From the NCBI GenBank assembly GCA_963674595.2, contig CAXXFV010000016.1, positions 128,001 through 192,000 of the forward strand: a stretch of 64,000 bases of DNA, written 5' to 3'. Under the pieces are notes generated by a model. The model saw nothing but the letters and a program-made list of their open reading frames with translations. It was not told where the DNA came from and did not search any database. The position numbers and the translations under genes were made by a program. Positions within the stretch are counted from its first letter, which is position 1. Every line of letters begins with the position of its first letter. This DNA comes from a bacterium. Its GTDB lineage: Bacteria > Zhuqueibacterota > Zhuqueibacteria > Residuimicrobiales > Krinioviventaceae. This document shows positions 29,815 through 39,850 of this stretch, one piece after another.

Positions 29815-30459
29815 TTATTCTTTGTTATAATCAAGTATATTTACTTTTCTTCCACAAATTTCAATACGTTTTTCGGCAAATAACTGGATAGCTTTTGAGA
29901 AAATTTCATGTTCCACGGTAAGCACGCGTGCCGCTAATGTATCAGGCGTGTCATCGTTTAAAACGGGAACACATTTTTGCATAATCGGTGTACCGGTATC
30001 GTATTCATCATCAACCAAATGGACTGTTGCGCCGGAGACTTTACATCCATATTCCAGAACTGCTTCGTGGACAAAATGTCCGTAAAGTCCTTTGCCGCCA
30101 AAAGAAGGAAGTAATGCAGGATGTATATTTAAAATTTTATTTTTAAACTGACGTATGACCGTATCAGGAATTTTTTTCAGATAACCGGCCAGAACAATCA
30201 TGTCTGTATCATGCTGTTTGAGGATGGTCAGCATTTTGTCTGCAAAATCCTGTTCATTTTCAAACTGAATTTGAGATAAATGATAGGCCGGAATGTTTCT
30301 GTTTTTCGCTGTTTCCAGGGCGCCCGCTTTGGATTTGTTGCTGATGACAGCAACGACCGTTGCATTTAGCGAACCGTTTTCTATATTTTTCAGGATCGCT
30401 TCCAGATTGGATCCTTTGCCTGATGCAAACGCGGTGATACGAATTGGATTGTTTTTCAT
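29815..30459 (-). CDS. purN: Phosphoribosylglycinamide formyltransferase
   Basis: 'ASGKGSNLEAI', 'LAGY', 'NIHPALLP', 'SGATVH'. Confidence 0.96.
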   Translation of the reverse strand: MKNNPIRITAFASGKGSNLEAILKNIENGSLNATVVAVISNKSKAGALETAKNRNIPAYHLSQIQFENEQDFADKMLTILKQHDTDMIVLAGYLKKIPDTVIRQFKNKILNIHPALLPSFGGKGLYGHFVHEAVLEYGCKVSGATVHLVDDEYDTGTPIMQKCVPVLNDDTPDTLAARVLTVEHEIFSKAIQLFAEKRIEICGRKVNILDYNKE

Positions 30460-31394
30460 TGTTTGACGGCAGCCTCCAAAAAATGAATTTTTTTTGTTGA
30501 GGTATCTATTTCAATTTGGCATCCAAGCGGCATGGTAAATTTACTGATCCCATGTCCATAGGGAACATTGGCCACAATTGGAATATCGTATTGTTCTAAT
30601 AAATCATTTAATATTTGTTCAAATTCAAGTGAATTTCCGTTACCGGATGAACAATTTACAAAATCTCCCAGTATTAGTCCATTAATTTTTTTCAAGATAC
30701 CGGCGTTTTTTAAATGCGTTAAATTACGATCTATTTTGTACCAGTTTTCACCGATCTCCTCCAGTAAAAGAACAGCGTTATTCATGTTCGGTATAAAGGG
30801 TGTGCCGAGTAAATTGACGAAAATTGACAGACAACCGCCAATTAAACGACCTTTACAGCGGCCCGGTTTTATTATTTTAATCGGAGGATCATCAAGGTTT
30901 ATATCATGAACGGGATGGCCGTGTAATGCGTTCCATAAACTGGCCTCTGTCAACGAATCCATGGGTTTTCCCAATTCAATAGCCGGCATGGGACCGGATA
31001 GGCTCACCAAACCTGTTTGTGCAAAGATTGCCAATTGCAGGGCTGTGATATCGCTATAGCCGACAATAATTTTAGGGTTGTTTTTTATTAAATCGTAATC
31101 AATTTTATCCAGCAATCTGCCGGAGCCATAACCACCCCGGGTGCAAAAAACAGCCTTGACTTTTTTATCCGAAAACATATTGTGCAAATCTTGCAAACGC
31201 TGTTCATCTGAACCGGCCAAATAACCATACTCATTCAGGTAATGATTTCCTGATTTTATTTTGTACCCGCAATTTTCAAGATATTGTATTCCCTGTGAGA
31301 GAATTGTTTTTTTCTCACCGTATGCCGGGCCGGCCGGTGATATAATACCAATTAAATCGCCTTTGACGAGTTTGGATGGTTTTATGGTGACCAT
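30456..31394 (-). CDS. LD-carboxypeptidase (peptidase S66)
   Basis: 'RGGYG', 'GYSDIT', 'LLEE', 'YGH' Ser-Glu-His triad motifs. Confidence 0.9.
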   Translation of the reverse strand: MVTIKPSKLVKGDLIGIISPAGPAYGEKKTILSQGIQYLENCGYKIKSGNHYLNEYGYLAGSDEQRLQDLHNMFSDKKVKAVFCTRGGYGSGRLLDKIDYDLIKNNPKIIVGYSDITALQLAIFAQTGLVSLSGPMPAIELGKPMDSLTEASLWNALHGHPVHDINLDDPPIKIIKPGRCKGRLIGGCLSIFVNLLGTPFIPNMNNAVLLLEEIGENWYKIDRNLTHLKNAGILKKINGLILGDFVNCSSGNGNSLEFEQILNDLLEQYDIPIVANVPYGHGISKFTMPLGCQIEIDTSTKKIHFLEAAVKQ

Positions 31395-31419
31395 TATTTA
31401 TCCGATTAAGGGTATTAAT

Positions 31420-31445
31420 AAAAAGAGCCCGTATTCGGGCCCTCA
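31420..31445 (-). terminator. Intrinsic terminator after the GWxTD gene
   Basis: Minus strand AGGGCCCG-AATA-CGGGCTCT followed by TTTT. Confidence 0.65.
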
Positions 31446-31461
31446 AGTTTATTGGTTATGT

Positions 31462-32748
31462 TTAACGTAAAAATCGTTGTATTTCATAAATTGACAGCGG
31501 ATCAATTAAACGATAATCCCCGAAACCGGAATAGTCCATAAAATCAAAGCGACGGTTTAACCAATAATAGTACCAAAGTTCATAGGGTTTGGTTGATTGG
31601 GGATATGCATTACGGTCAATATCATCCGGCGCTCCAAGTAAAATATAAATCATACCCATATCAGTTTTCCAGCCTTCTCTTCTCATGACTGAAAAGTTTT
31701 GATTGGCAAAATCAATGCGTTGATAATGGGCTTCCATGGCTTCGTTTAGTTCCGTTCCCGGTGTTGGGTCATGACGTTTCCAGAATTTTTTATATTCTTC
31801 GAGTTTTTTATTGCCTTTGGCTTTTTTCAGCGCTTGCCACTCTTTTTTGGTGGAAATATACTTGATTTGTTCTATGGCTGTGTCCAGGTCTTTTGCACTT
31901 TGCGGGAGTTCTCGCCAGCGTGCATAAAAATTCTTTTCAATTTTTACGTCATCTTTGCCATGGATTTTAATTTCCAGTTTATATTTATCATGGATCAGGC
32001 TATCGACAGGAATGGGGATAAACTCTTTGGTTAAATATCCATCAAGTTTTTTTGTATATTCTTTTTTGATTTTGATTTTAGTTTTGTCACCATCAATTAC
32101 ATATTCTATTTTTGCCTGGTCTAAATTTTGTGGATTATATATTTCAAAATAGGCCATAGATGTGTCAACAAGACCTTTAAAGGTGTTTGTTACCTGTGGT
32201 GTATAGGTTAAATTACCTGTTGAATCCGGTTTAATATTTTGTATAAAGACTATTTCACTGGCATCAATTTTATCCTCGTTATATTTTTTAACCTTGAACT
32301 TTCCTTCTAATTTAGAACTTGATTCTGACTCCAGGTCTTGCAAGTTTATGGAAAATTCATATTCTCCGGGTTCTAGTTCAAAAGTCTTGTCCAGTTTACT
32401 GAATTTGTCGCGTCTGTTTGTATCATCATAGTTTTCTACATTAATTGTTTCTTTTAAAATATGCCCGTCGACCTGATCGCCATCATCATCCTTAAAAATA
32501 ATTGAAACTTCATAAGAGGCTTCATAGCCGTCCCCTACTTTCAGAAATTGTAATTCGTCATAGACAATTTCCAGATAAAATTCGATTTGATTGTAATCGC
32601 TTGATTGTTGTTTTCCTAATGTAGAAAAATCAAAAAAGAACTTGGGTCCGTTATGATCATAATAGTTATCCAATTCAACTTGAGCAAATGATGAGGTTAT
32701 ATAGCATAAAACAAATGGTATAACAAATAAAAATTTCATTTTTTTCAT
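31462..32748 (-). CDS. GWxTD-domain exported protein
   Basis: Signal peptide; 'FWKRHDPTP', 'GWKTDMGMIYILLGAPD', 'YELWYY'. Confidence 0.88.
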   Translation of the reverse strand: MKKMKFLFVIPFVLCYITSSFAQVELDNYYDHNGPKFFFDFSTLGKQQSSDYNQIEFYLEIVYDELQFLKVGDGYEASYEVSIIFKDDDGDQVDGHILKETINVENYDDTNRRDKFSKLDKTFELEPGEYEFSINLQDLESESSSKLEGKFKVKKYNEDKIDASEIVFIQNIKPDSTGNLTYTPQVTNTFKGLVDTSMAYFEIYNPQNLDQAKIEYVIDGDKTKIKIKKEYTKKLDGYLTKEFIPIPVDSLIHDKYKLEIKIHGKDDVKIEKNFYARWRELPQSAKDLDTAIEQIKYISTKKEWQALKKAKGNKKLEEYKKFWKRHDPTPGTELNEAMEAHYQRIDFANQNFSVMRREGWKTDMGMIYILLGAPDDIDRNAYPQSTKPYELWYYYWLNRRFDFMDYSGFGDYRLIDPLSIYEIQRFLR

Positions 32749-32848
32749 TTTTTGCTCCTTTCAATGTTTGAGAGCAATCTCTTAAAATTAATTTCAGGAA
32801 CCAGAGTTATGATTGTCGCTTTATCATATAAACAATTGTTAGGCATTT

Positions 32849-34132
32849 TTATATTTCCGTCATATTGACGGCAAACAGATCATATGGTGTTACATCTTCT
32901 ATTTTGCATTTGTAAAAATGCCCTGGTTTTAACAGTCCATTGACAATAACACTATTGTCAATTTCAGGTGCATCCCATTGGGTTCTTCCAAGGCTTATAT
33001 TGTTTTCTTTTTCATTTTGGTCAATTAAAATTTCCAGTGTTGAACCAATGAGCTGTTGATTGTTTAACTCTGCAAGTGCTGCTTGAGTTTCCATAATTTG
33101 TTTTTGTCGTGAAATTTTTATGTTTTCCGGTATATTGTCTTGCCAATTAAAGGCAGCCGTACCTTCTTCTTGTGAATAGGTAAACACACCCAATCGTTCA
33201 AATTTTTCTGTTTTAACAAATTTGACAAGTTTCTGGAAATCAGATTCTGTCTCTCCTGGAAAACCGACAATAAAAGACGTTCGCAATGCCAGATTAGGGA
33301 TTTTTGCCCTTAGTTTTGTTGTCAGTTCCCTGATTTGCTGACTGGTTACTTTTCTTCCCATTTTAGTCAATATTTTGTCTGATATATGCTGCAATGGCAA
33401 ATCAATATATGGCACAATTTTAGAGGAACCGGCAACCACATCAATGAGGTCATCTGTCCAGTGTGCCGGATGGGTGTAAAGCAACCGGACCCACTTAATC
33501 CCGGAAATGGATTCCAAAGATATTAACAATTCTTTTAAAGCATCAGTTTTATTTTGGTCCATACCATAATAGGTAATGTCCTGAGAAACCAGTAACAGTT
33601 CTTTTACGCCGGAATCTGCCAATTGAATCGCCTCTTTTAATATGTCTTCCTTTGGACGACTTTTATAATCACCTTTAAATGTTGGTATAGCACAATAACT
33701 GCATCTGTTATTACAACCTTCTGCTATTTTTAAATAGGCATAATGAGGAGGCGTTAAACTGTATCTGTTTCTATCCGATAATGTTGAAAAATGTTTTTTT
33801 AATTCATCTATTGTTTCGAATGGATCTGTTGATGTAAAAATAGCATCTATTTCCGGAATTTCCTGTAACAGTTCCTCTTTAAAACGCTGCGGCATACACC
33901 CTGTGACAAATATTTTAAAATCCGGATTTTCGTTTTTGATTAAACATGCTTCAAGGATTGTGTCAATGGCTTCCTGCTTGGCGTCATCAATGAATGCGCA
34001 CGTGTTTATGATAACACTTGACGCCTTGTCTGGTGATGAACATATCTCTATATCGGGTCCAAGACTTCCCAGAATACACTCCAGGTCTGCTACATTTTTG
34101 GGGCAGCCCAGGCTGATATATGCCGTTTTCAC
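32849..34132 (-). CDS. rimO: Ribosomal protein S12 methylthiotransferase
   Basis: 'SLGCPKN', 'NTCAFI', radical-SAM 'CNNRCSYC', TRAM 'APEID'. Confidence 0.95.
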   Translation of the reverse strand: MKTAYISLGCPKNVADLECILGSLGPDIEICSSPDKASSVIINTCAFIDDAKQEAIDTILEACLIKNENPDFKIFVTGCMPQRFKEELLQEIPEIDAIFTSTDPFETIDELKKHFSTLSDRNRYSLTPPHYAYLKIAEGCNNRCSYCAIPTFKGDYKSRPKEDILKEAIQLADSGVKELLLVSQDITYYGMDQNKTDALKELLISLESISGIKWVRLLYTHPAHWTDDLIDVVAGSSKIVPYIDLPLQHISDKILTKMGRKVTSQQIRELTTKLRAKIPNLALRTSFIVGFPGETESDFQKLVKFVKTEKFERLGVFTYSQEEGTAAFNWQDNIPENIKISRQKQIMETQAALAELNNQQLIGSTLEILIDQNEKENNISLGRTQWDAPEIDNSVIVNGLLKPGHFYKCKIEDVTPYDLFAVNMTEI

Positions 34133-35043
34133 TGAAATAGTGCCTCTACAAATTGTTCGGGATCAAACTCTGCAAGATCGTCAATTTTTTCTCCAAAACC
34201 AATATAACATACCGGTATTTTTAATTCTTTGACGATTGAAAAAATGATGCCACCCTTTGCCGTACCATCCAGTTTTGTAAGTATAATACCACTAACGTCT
34301 ACGGATTCGGCAAACTTTTTGGCCTGTAAAAGACCGTTTTGACCTGTTGTTGCGTCAATAACAAGGAGGACCTGGTGTGGTGCATCGCTTATCTGGCGTT
34401 TAAGTATACGATGTATTTTCTCCAGTTCCGCCATAAGGTTTGTTTTTGTATGGAGTCTGCCGGCCGTATCAATCAGCAAAATATCTATGTTTCGTGCAAT
34501 TGATGCCTGCAAAGCATCATAAGCGACGGATGCCGGGTCTGAGCCTGGTTTGTTATGCACGATATCAACCTGTGATCTTTCCGCCCAAATATCCAGTTGA
34601 TCGATTGCCGCCGCACGAAATGTGTCTGCTGCGGCTAATAAAACTTTATTACCTTTTTTTTGAAATATATTTGCAAGTTTTCCGATTGATGTTGTTTTAC
34701 CGGTCCCGTTTACGCCGACAATGCTTATAACCTGGGGTTTTACATTTTGTGGTGTTTCGGAAACAGAATGCTGTTCAAAAAATGAGATTAGCTCCTGTTT
34801 TACAAGATCAAGTATTGATTCGGATGTGTTTGAGCCCAGTTCATTGCTTTTACTGCGAATTTTATCAATAATTATTTCTGAGGTTTCAACACCAATATCA
34901 CTCAAAATTAGTATTTCTTCTATTTGTTCCAATACATCTTCATCTATCCGGCTTGTTTGGTTTACAACCCGGGTGATTCCGTCTACGAGATTGGATTTTG
35001 TTTTAGCAAGACCTTTTGCAAGTTTTGAAACAAGTTTTAACAA
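34129..35043 (-). CDS. ftsY: Signal recognition particle receptor
   Basis: 'GVNGTGKTT', 'DTFRAAA', 'DTAGR', 'TKLDGTAKGG'. Confidence 0.97.
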   Translation of the reverse strand: MLKLVSKLAKGLAKTKSNLVDGITRVVNQTSRIDEDVLEQIEEILILSDIGVETSEIIIDKIRSKSNELGSNTSESILDLVKQELISFFEQHSVSETPQNVKPQVISIVGVNGTGKTTSIGKLANIFQKKGNKVLLAAADTFRAAAIDQLDIWAERSQVDIVHNKPGSDPASVAYDALQASIARNIDILLIDTAGRLHTKTNLMAELEKIHRILKRQISDAPHQVLLVIDATTGQNGLLQAKKFAESVDVSGIILTKLDGTAKGGIIFSIVKELKIPVCYIGFGEKIDDLAEFDPEQFVEALFQ

Positions 35044-35059
35044 AAATTTTTCCTTAAAA

Positions 35060-35668
35060 TTATTTTTCTGTAACTAGTTTAGAATTTTTGGGTGCCTTTT
35101 TTCCCCTTTTAGGAATTAATTCCTGATGCAGGAAATAATATGTTATTAATGAAGATGGTATGAGGATAATGGATATCCACATGGTGATGATGTTTAACGG
35201 ATACAAATTTGCCGTATAACAAAATGTAACGGCTAAAAATGAAGATAGAGTAATTTTTCCCAAGAGGTTCGACTCGACGACGATACGTTTTTTTGAAATA
35301 ACATATATTCCGGCAATGAGAATAGTAATATCACGTCCTATAACAAAAAAGGCAAATATATAGGGAAGCCCTTTATAAGCTGCCAGTGCCAGCATAATGA
35401 CGGCTACGTTTATCTTGTCCACCAGTGGATCCAGCATTCGTCCCAACTGAGAACGTTGATTTAACTTTCGTGCAAAATATCCGTCAAAATAATCTGTAAG
35501 ACCGGATAAAATCATAGCAAACAAGGCTATTATATTTCCTGTATTTGTGTTTAGTTTTAGAAAATAAACAATAACAGGTATAAATAAAAGTCTCGCAATT
35601 GTTAAAATATTTGGAACACCAAAATAATGCTGGTCGTCCTTTACTATTTCAAATAAGCCGATTTTCAT
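35060..35668 (-). CDS. CDP-alcohol phosphatidyltransferase (PgsA-like)
   Basis: 'PNILT..R', 'TDYFDGYFARKLNQRSQLGRMLDPLVDK'. Confidence 0.9.
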   Translation of the reverse strand: MKIGLFEIVKDDQHYFGVPNILTIARLLFIPVIVYFLKLNTNTGNIIALFAMILSGLTDYFDGYFARKLNQRSQLGRMLDPLVDKINVAVIMLALAAYKGLPYIFAFFVIGRDITILIAGIYVISKKRIVVESNLLGKITLSSFLAVTFCYTANLYPLNIITMWISIILIPSSLITYYFLHQELIPKRGKKAPKNSKLVTEK

Positions 35669-35676
35669 AAAATCCT

Positions 35677-36846
35677 CTAGGAAAATGCTTTTAACGCATC
35701 CATTATCAATGATGGTTTTTTGAATAATGCGGATTTGAAAATATTAAAAAGTGTTCTTTTTCCTACTGGTAATTTTAACAGAATATTTGCTGTTTCTTCA
35801 AGGTCATCATCAGTCATTTTAAAGACATAATTTTTTAATTTATAGAATAGTTTGTTTTTGTTGCCTTCAGCATTATACCATTGTTTTGCGTATTCTTCCA
35901 ATCTTTTTTTGGAAACATCGTTTTCCTGAACAGCTTTTGCAGCGACCTGACCGGCAATTTTTGCAGCGATCATTCCGTTAACAATTCCACCACCGGATAC
36001 AGGATTTACCTGATGCGCGGCATCACCAACAAGCATTAATCCATCTGCAACGATTTCATCAAGTGTTGCGGAACAGGGCACACCACCGGCAACTGTTGTT
36101 AAAATAGCCGCTTTTGGAAAATGTGTTTTTAAAAATTTATCCAAATAATAAATTGGCGGCTTTTCTTTTGCATAAATACCAGAGATTCCCAAACCAACAT
36201 TGGCCAAACCGTTTCCTTTAGGGAATATCCATATATAACCGCCGGGAGCCATGTCTTTACCAAAATACATGTGACAATAGTTATCATTTACGTCAATATT
36301 TTGTGCTGTTACCTGGGCACATGTTTCCATATCAGCCATTGAAGTGGATGTTTTAAGTCCGGCCCAGCGACCAACCCGGGATTCCAAACCATCCGCACCA
36401 ATGACAATTTTCGCTTTTATTTCATATTTTTCACCCAAATGTTCAACTTTACATCCGCACACCGTGCCGTTGTCAAATAACAAATCATAAACATATGCTT
36501 TTGTCAATACGTCGGCACCTTCTTTTGCCGCTATTTGTGCAAGGTCATAATCAAAACGTTTGCGGTCAAGAATATAACCGACTTCATTGCTGTCTATCTG
36601 GACGGTTTGTCCAGATGGTGAATTAAGAGTTATGCCGGTTATTTTTTTCGCAATCCAGGATGGCTCCAAATCTACAACAGTCAGAATCCCTTTTTCACCA
36701 ACACCTTCGGCGCAACGTACCGGAATTCCGATTTCTCTGTCTTTTTCCAAAAGCAGTACTTTGGCCCCGTTTTTGGCGGCAAAACGAGCGGCTGTAGAGC
36801 CTGTTGGTCCAGCGCCTACAATAACAATATCATAACTGCTATTCAT
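35677..36846 (-). CDS. Geranylgeranyl reductase family flavoprotein (archaeal DGGGPL-reductase-like)
   Basis: 'VGAGPTG', 'PVRCAEG', 'PGGYIWIFPKG', 'GDAAHQVNPVSGGGI'. Confidence 0.88.
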   Translation of the reverse strand: MNSSYDIVIVGAGPTGSTAARFAAKNGAKVLLLEKDREIGIPVRCAEGVGEKGILTVVDLEPSWIAKKITGITLNSPSGQTVQIDSNEVGYILDRKRFDYDLAQIAAKEGADVLTKAYVYDLLFDNGTVCGCKVEHLGEKYEIKAKIVIGADGLESRVGRWAGLKTSTSMADMETCAQVTAQNIDVNDNYCHMYFGKDMAPGGYIWIFPKGNGLANVGLGISGIYAKEKPPIYYLDKFLKTHFPKAAILTTVAGGVPCSATLDEIVADGLMLVGDAAHQVNPVSGGGIVNGMIAAKIAGQVAAKAVQENDVSKKRLEEYAKQWYNAEGNKNKLFYKLKNYVFKMTDDDLEETANILLKLPVGKRTLFNIFKSALFKKPSLIMDALKAFS

Positions 36847-37018
36847 CTTTTACCTCCAAAGCACGAAGGGGACATATATAGACACAGTTTTTGCATACCG
36901 TGCACTTTTCCGTAATTGTCAGTTGTGTCTCTGATAACTCTATAGCATCATGTGGACAAACAGCAACGCATGTTCCGCAGAAATCACAAAGTTTTTGTTC
37001 CCATTTAATTTGTTCCAT
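36839..37018 (-). CDS. 2x[4Fe-4S] ferredoxin (59 aa)
   Basis: 'CDFCGTCVAVCP' and 'CTVCKNCVYICP'; ATG 37018 after AAGGA; overlaps the GGR start. Confidence 0.88.
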   Translation of the reverse strand: MEQIKWEQKLCDFCGTCVAVCPHDAIELSETQLTITEKCTVCKNCVYICPLRALEVKDE

Positions 37019-37040
37019 ATATAATCCTTTTGTTATAATA

Positions 37041-38009
37041 TCACTTTCGTAAACTCGGGTAATCGATTCCAAATCTGCGTTTATAATACCACTTTGAAAA
37101 AAAGAATAAAAAAGCAATAAAAACAAGGTATCCGGGGAATTTATAACAAATTGTTAAAGATAAAAACAGAGCTGCAAATTTATTAGCCCGTAAAATTTCT
37201 TTAATAGATTTTTTGTTTACAGCAAGGGCAAAAAACGGGAGTATAAGAACTGTTGGTATCAGAGCAACAATATCTTTCATCCATAATGCTGCCAGGACGG
37301 CGATAATATCTGTTACAAGCCCTGCCCAAAGAGTAAAATTCATTCCATATTTTACAGCAATCGTTTTTTTATTGACAGCTTTATCACCTTCAATATCAGG
37401 AATTGTTGTAAAAAAGTAAACGGCTATCATTCCCAATATATAAGGGGTTGCCTGTTGAAGCATTTTTAAGTTCAGGGTCCCTTGTATCAACCAGCCAAAC
37501 GCAAAAACGATATAAAAACCTAAAATATTGATTATCAACCCGCCAATCGGCTTGTCCTTAAACTTGAATGGTTTACAGCTATAGAACCAACCTGTTATAA
37601 GAAAAGCAAGTAATGAAACGATCGCCAGGCTAAATTTAAGCCATGACAAAATAATAAATGGAACGATAACCAATGTAATCGTTTCAATATATGCATTTTT
37701 AAGACTAATATCACCATTAGCAATTAAAAAAAGTTTATTGTTTAGTTTATCTGTTTCAACGTCTTCTATTTGATTTAATAAAAAAGAAGCTCCCATTGCG
37801 AGGGTCAACAGACCAATAGTAATAATAAATTTAATGTTTAAGGTGCCGATTGTAAAAGTGTGTAATAAAGTACTGTTATGGTCATCAAATCTTAACTGGG
37901 CCCAATATCCTACCAGGGATATTGTCCACACAGGAAAGAAAAGAGTTGGTCTTAGCACAAAGAAATAATCTAATATTTTTAAAAATTTTAATTTTTTTTC
38001 AGAGTTCAA
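37041..38009 (-). CDS. UbiA-family prenyltransferase
   Basis: Multiple TM helices; Asp-rich motifs 'NQIEDVETD' and 'PDIEGDK...KTIAV'. Confidence 0.85.
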   Translation of the reverse strand: MNSEKKLKFLKILDYFFVLRPTLFFPVWTISLVGYWAQLRFDDHNSTLLHTFTIGTLNIKFIITIGLLTLAMGASFLLNQIEDVETDKLNNKLFLIANGDISLKNAYIETITLVIVPFIILSWLKFSLAIVSLLAFLITGWFYSCKPFKFKDKPIGGLIINILGFYIVFAFGWLIQGTLNLKMLQQATPYILGMIAVYFFTTIPDIEGDKAVNKKTIAVKYGMNFTLWAGLVTDIIAVLAALWMKDIVALIPTVLILPFFALAVNKKSIKEILRANKFAALFLSLTICYKFPGYLVFIAFLFFFSKWYYKRRFGIDYPSLRK

Positions 38010-38050
38010 AAGCCTCCCCCGAATTTATATTCGAGCATAATGTGCATTAA

Positions 38051-39463
38051 TTAATGATCATTCTTTTCATGTTGAAATTTGTTTATTGTTTCTTCTATTT
38101 TAATCGGATAATCGCCGGTAAAGCAGGCAGTACAAAAACCACCTTCTTCGTGTGAAACAGAGCTTAATAGTCCTTCAAGAGACAAATAGGCAAGGCTGTC
38201 ACAGTTGAGAAACTTACAAATTTCATCTACAGTTTTATTGCTTGCGATCAGCTCTTCTTTGCTTGGAAAATCCATTCCATAAAAACATGGAGAAGTTATA
38301 GGTGGGGAACTTACCCTAACATGAACTTCTTTGGCCCCGGCTTGCCGTATAAGACTGACAAGCTGTCGAAGCGTTGTCCCCCGGACTATTGAATCTTCAA
38401 TAACAATAACGCGTCGATTTTCTAAAATACCTTTAACGGTGTTGAATTTGACACGTACACTAAAGTCCCGCATGTTCTGCTGAGGGTGAATGAACGTTCT
38501 GCCGACGTAATGATTACGTATAAGTCCCAAATCAAATTTTATATCTGATCGACGGGAAAATCCGACGGCTGCTGTGTTGCTGGAGTCGGGTACGGAAATG
38601 ACAATATCAGCATCCACCGCAGATTCCAGGGCTAAATTTTTCCCTAATTTCCGTCTAACTTTATCAACATTTTCGTTAAAAATTCGACTGTCGGGTCGCG
38701 AAAAATATATAAATTCAAATATACAAGCATGTCTTTTTTGGTTTAAATCTATTGTATGGGATGTTATGCCATCTTGCGATATTTCTACAAGCTCGCCGGG
38801 TTTTATATCCCGAATGATATTAGCCCGGACCAAATCCAGGGCGCAGGTTTCAGAAACAACAAAATAAGAGCCGTCTTTTTCTCCTAGACACAATGGCCGA
38901 ACACCATGAGGATCCCGGGCGGCATATATTTTATCTTTTGTTAATAAAAGTAAAGAAAATGCACCTCTTATTTGTTTAAGTGCATCTATAATTTTTTGTG
39001 ACATGGTAGTTTTTTTTGAACGCGCAATCAAATGTGCTACAACTTCGGTATCGGTAGAGGTTTGAAATATGGAACCTTCCTGCTCTAATACATGCCTTAA
39101 AATACCAGAGTTTGTAAAATTTCCATTGTGACTTATGGCTATAGGACCGTCTTTGCTGTTAACCAACAAAGGTTGTGCGTTTAAGGTGTGTGTCGATCCT
39201 GTTGTCGAATAACGGTTATGACCAATTGCTATTTGACCTTTTAAACGATCGAATATTTTGGTGTCAGAAAATACATCTGCTACAAGGCCTTGTCCGACAT
39301 GTCTGTATACATGATCGCCGTCACTGGATACAATCCCCGAGCTTTCCTGGCCGCGATGTTGTAGCGAATAGAGGCCAAGGTAACTTAGTCTTGCGGCGTC
39401 AGGTGATCCAAATACGCCTACTACACCGCAATTTGATTCCGGTTTATCTAAAATATGTTTCAT
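38051..39463 (-). CDS. purF: Amidophosphoribosyltransferase (propeptide, Fe-S type)
   Basis: 11-aa propeptide then 'CGVVG', 'QHRGQES', 'HNRYSTTG', 'EDSIVRGTT', 'CFYG', 'CTAC'. Confidence 0.97.
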   Translation of the reverse strand: MKHILDKPESNCGVVGVFGSPDAARLSYLGLYSLQHRGQESSGIVSSDGDHVYRHVGQGLVADVFSDTKIFDRLKGQIAIGHNRYSTTGSTHTLNAQPLLVNSKDGPIAISHNGNFTNSGILRHVLEQEGSIFQTSTDTEVVAHLIARSKKTTMSQKIIDALKQIRGAFSLLLLTKDKIYAARDPHGVRPLCLGEKDGSYFVVSETCALDLVRANIIRDIKPGELVEISQDGITSHTIDLNQKRHACIFEFIYFSRPDSRIFNENVDKVRRKLGKNLALESAVDADIVISVPDSSNTAAVGFSRRSDIKFDLGLIRNHYVGRTFIHPQQNMRDFSVRVKFNTVKGILENRRVIVIEDSIVRGTTLRQLVSLIRQAGAKEVHVRVSSPPITSPCFYGMDFPSKEELIASNKTVDEICKFLNCDSLAYLSLEGLLSSVSHEEGGFCTACFTGDYPIKIEETINKFQHEKNDH

Positions 39464-39485
39464 TGGTTATTAATGGATCCTTTTT

Positions 39486-39848
39486 TTAGTTTGTGGAAAT
39501 AATTAAATAACAAAGACCTGTGCCGAGAATATCAGCGGCAAAATCTTTCCAGCTTGGAGTTCCTTTGCCTGAGACTTTGTCATAAATTTCTTTCAAAGCA
39601 CCTGTTGTAATTGAAAAAGAAACAGCAGAATATTTGGAATGTTCTTCTGAAAAGGAACATTCTTTATAGGCAAAATAGTAGCTGAATCCTGTCAATAGAG
39701 CGCTTGTTGTAAAGTGATCGATTTTATCCTTTGCAAACCACGAATCATGTAACCTTGGGTGGTTTGTTTTGACAGAGTCACTGTTTGAAATGTTTATTTG
39801 TGCTGCTGAAACTGAAGCAAAAAGAAACACAAAGTATAGTGGTTTCAT
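39486..39848 (-). CDS. YfiM/DUF2279-like membrane protein
   Basis: 'WFAKDKIDHF...KEIYD...SWKDFAAD..G'. Confidence 0.7.
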   Translation of the reverse strand: MKPLYFVFLFASVSAAQINISNSDSVKTNHPRLHDSWFAKDKIDHFTTSALLTGFSYYFAYKECSFSEEHSKYSAVSFSITTGALKEIYDKVSGKGTPSWKDFAADILGTGLCYLIISTN

Positions 39849-39850
39849 TT

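Noticed and set aside
37019-37126. N-terminal extension of the ferredoxin in the ORF track
   Set aside because: It overlaps the UbiA gene; ATG 37018 has an SD and gives a typical 59-aa ferredoxin.
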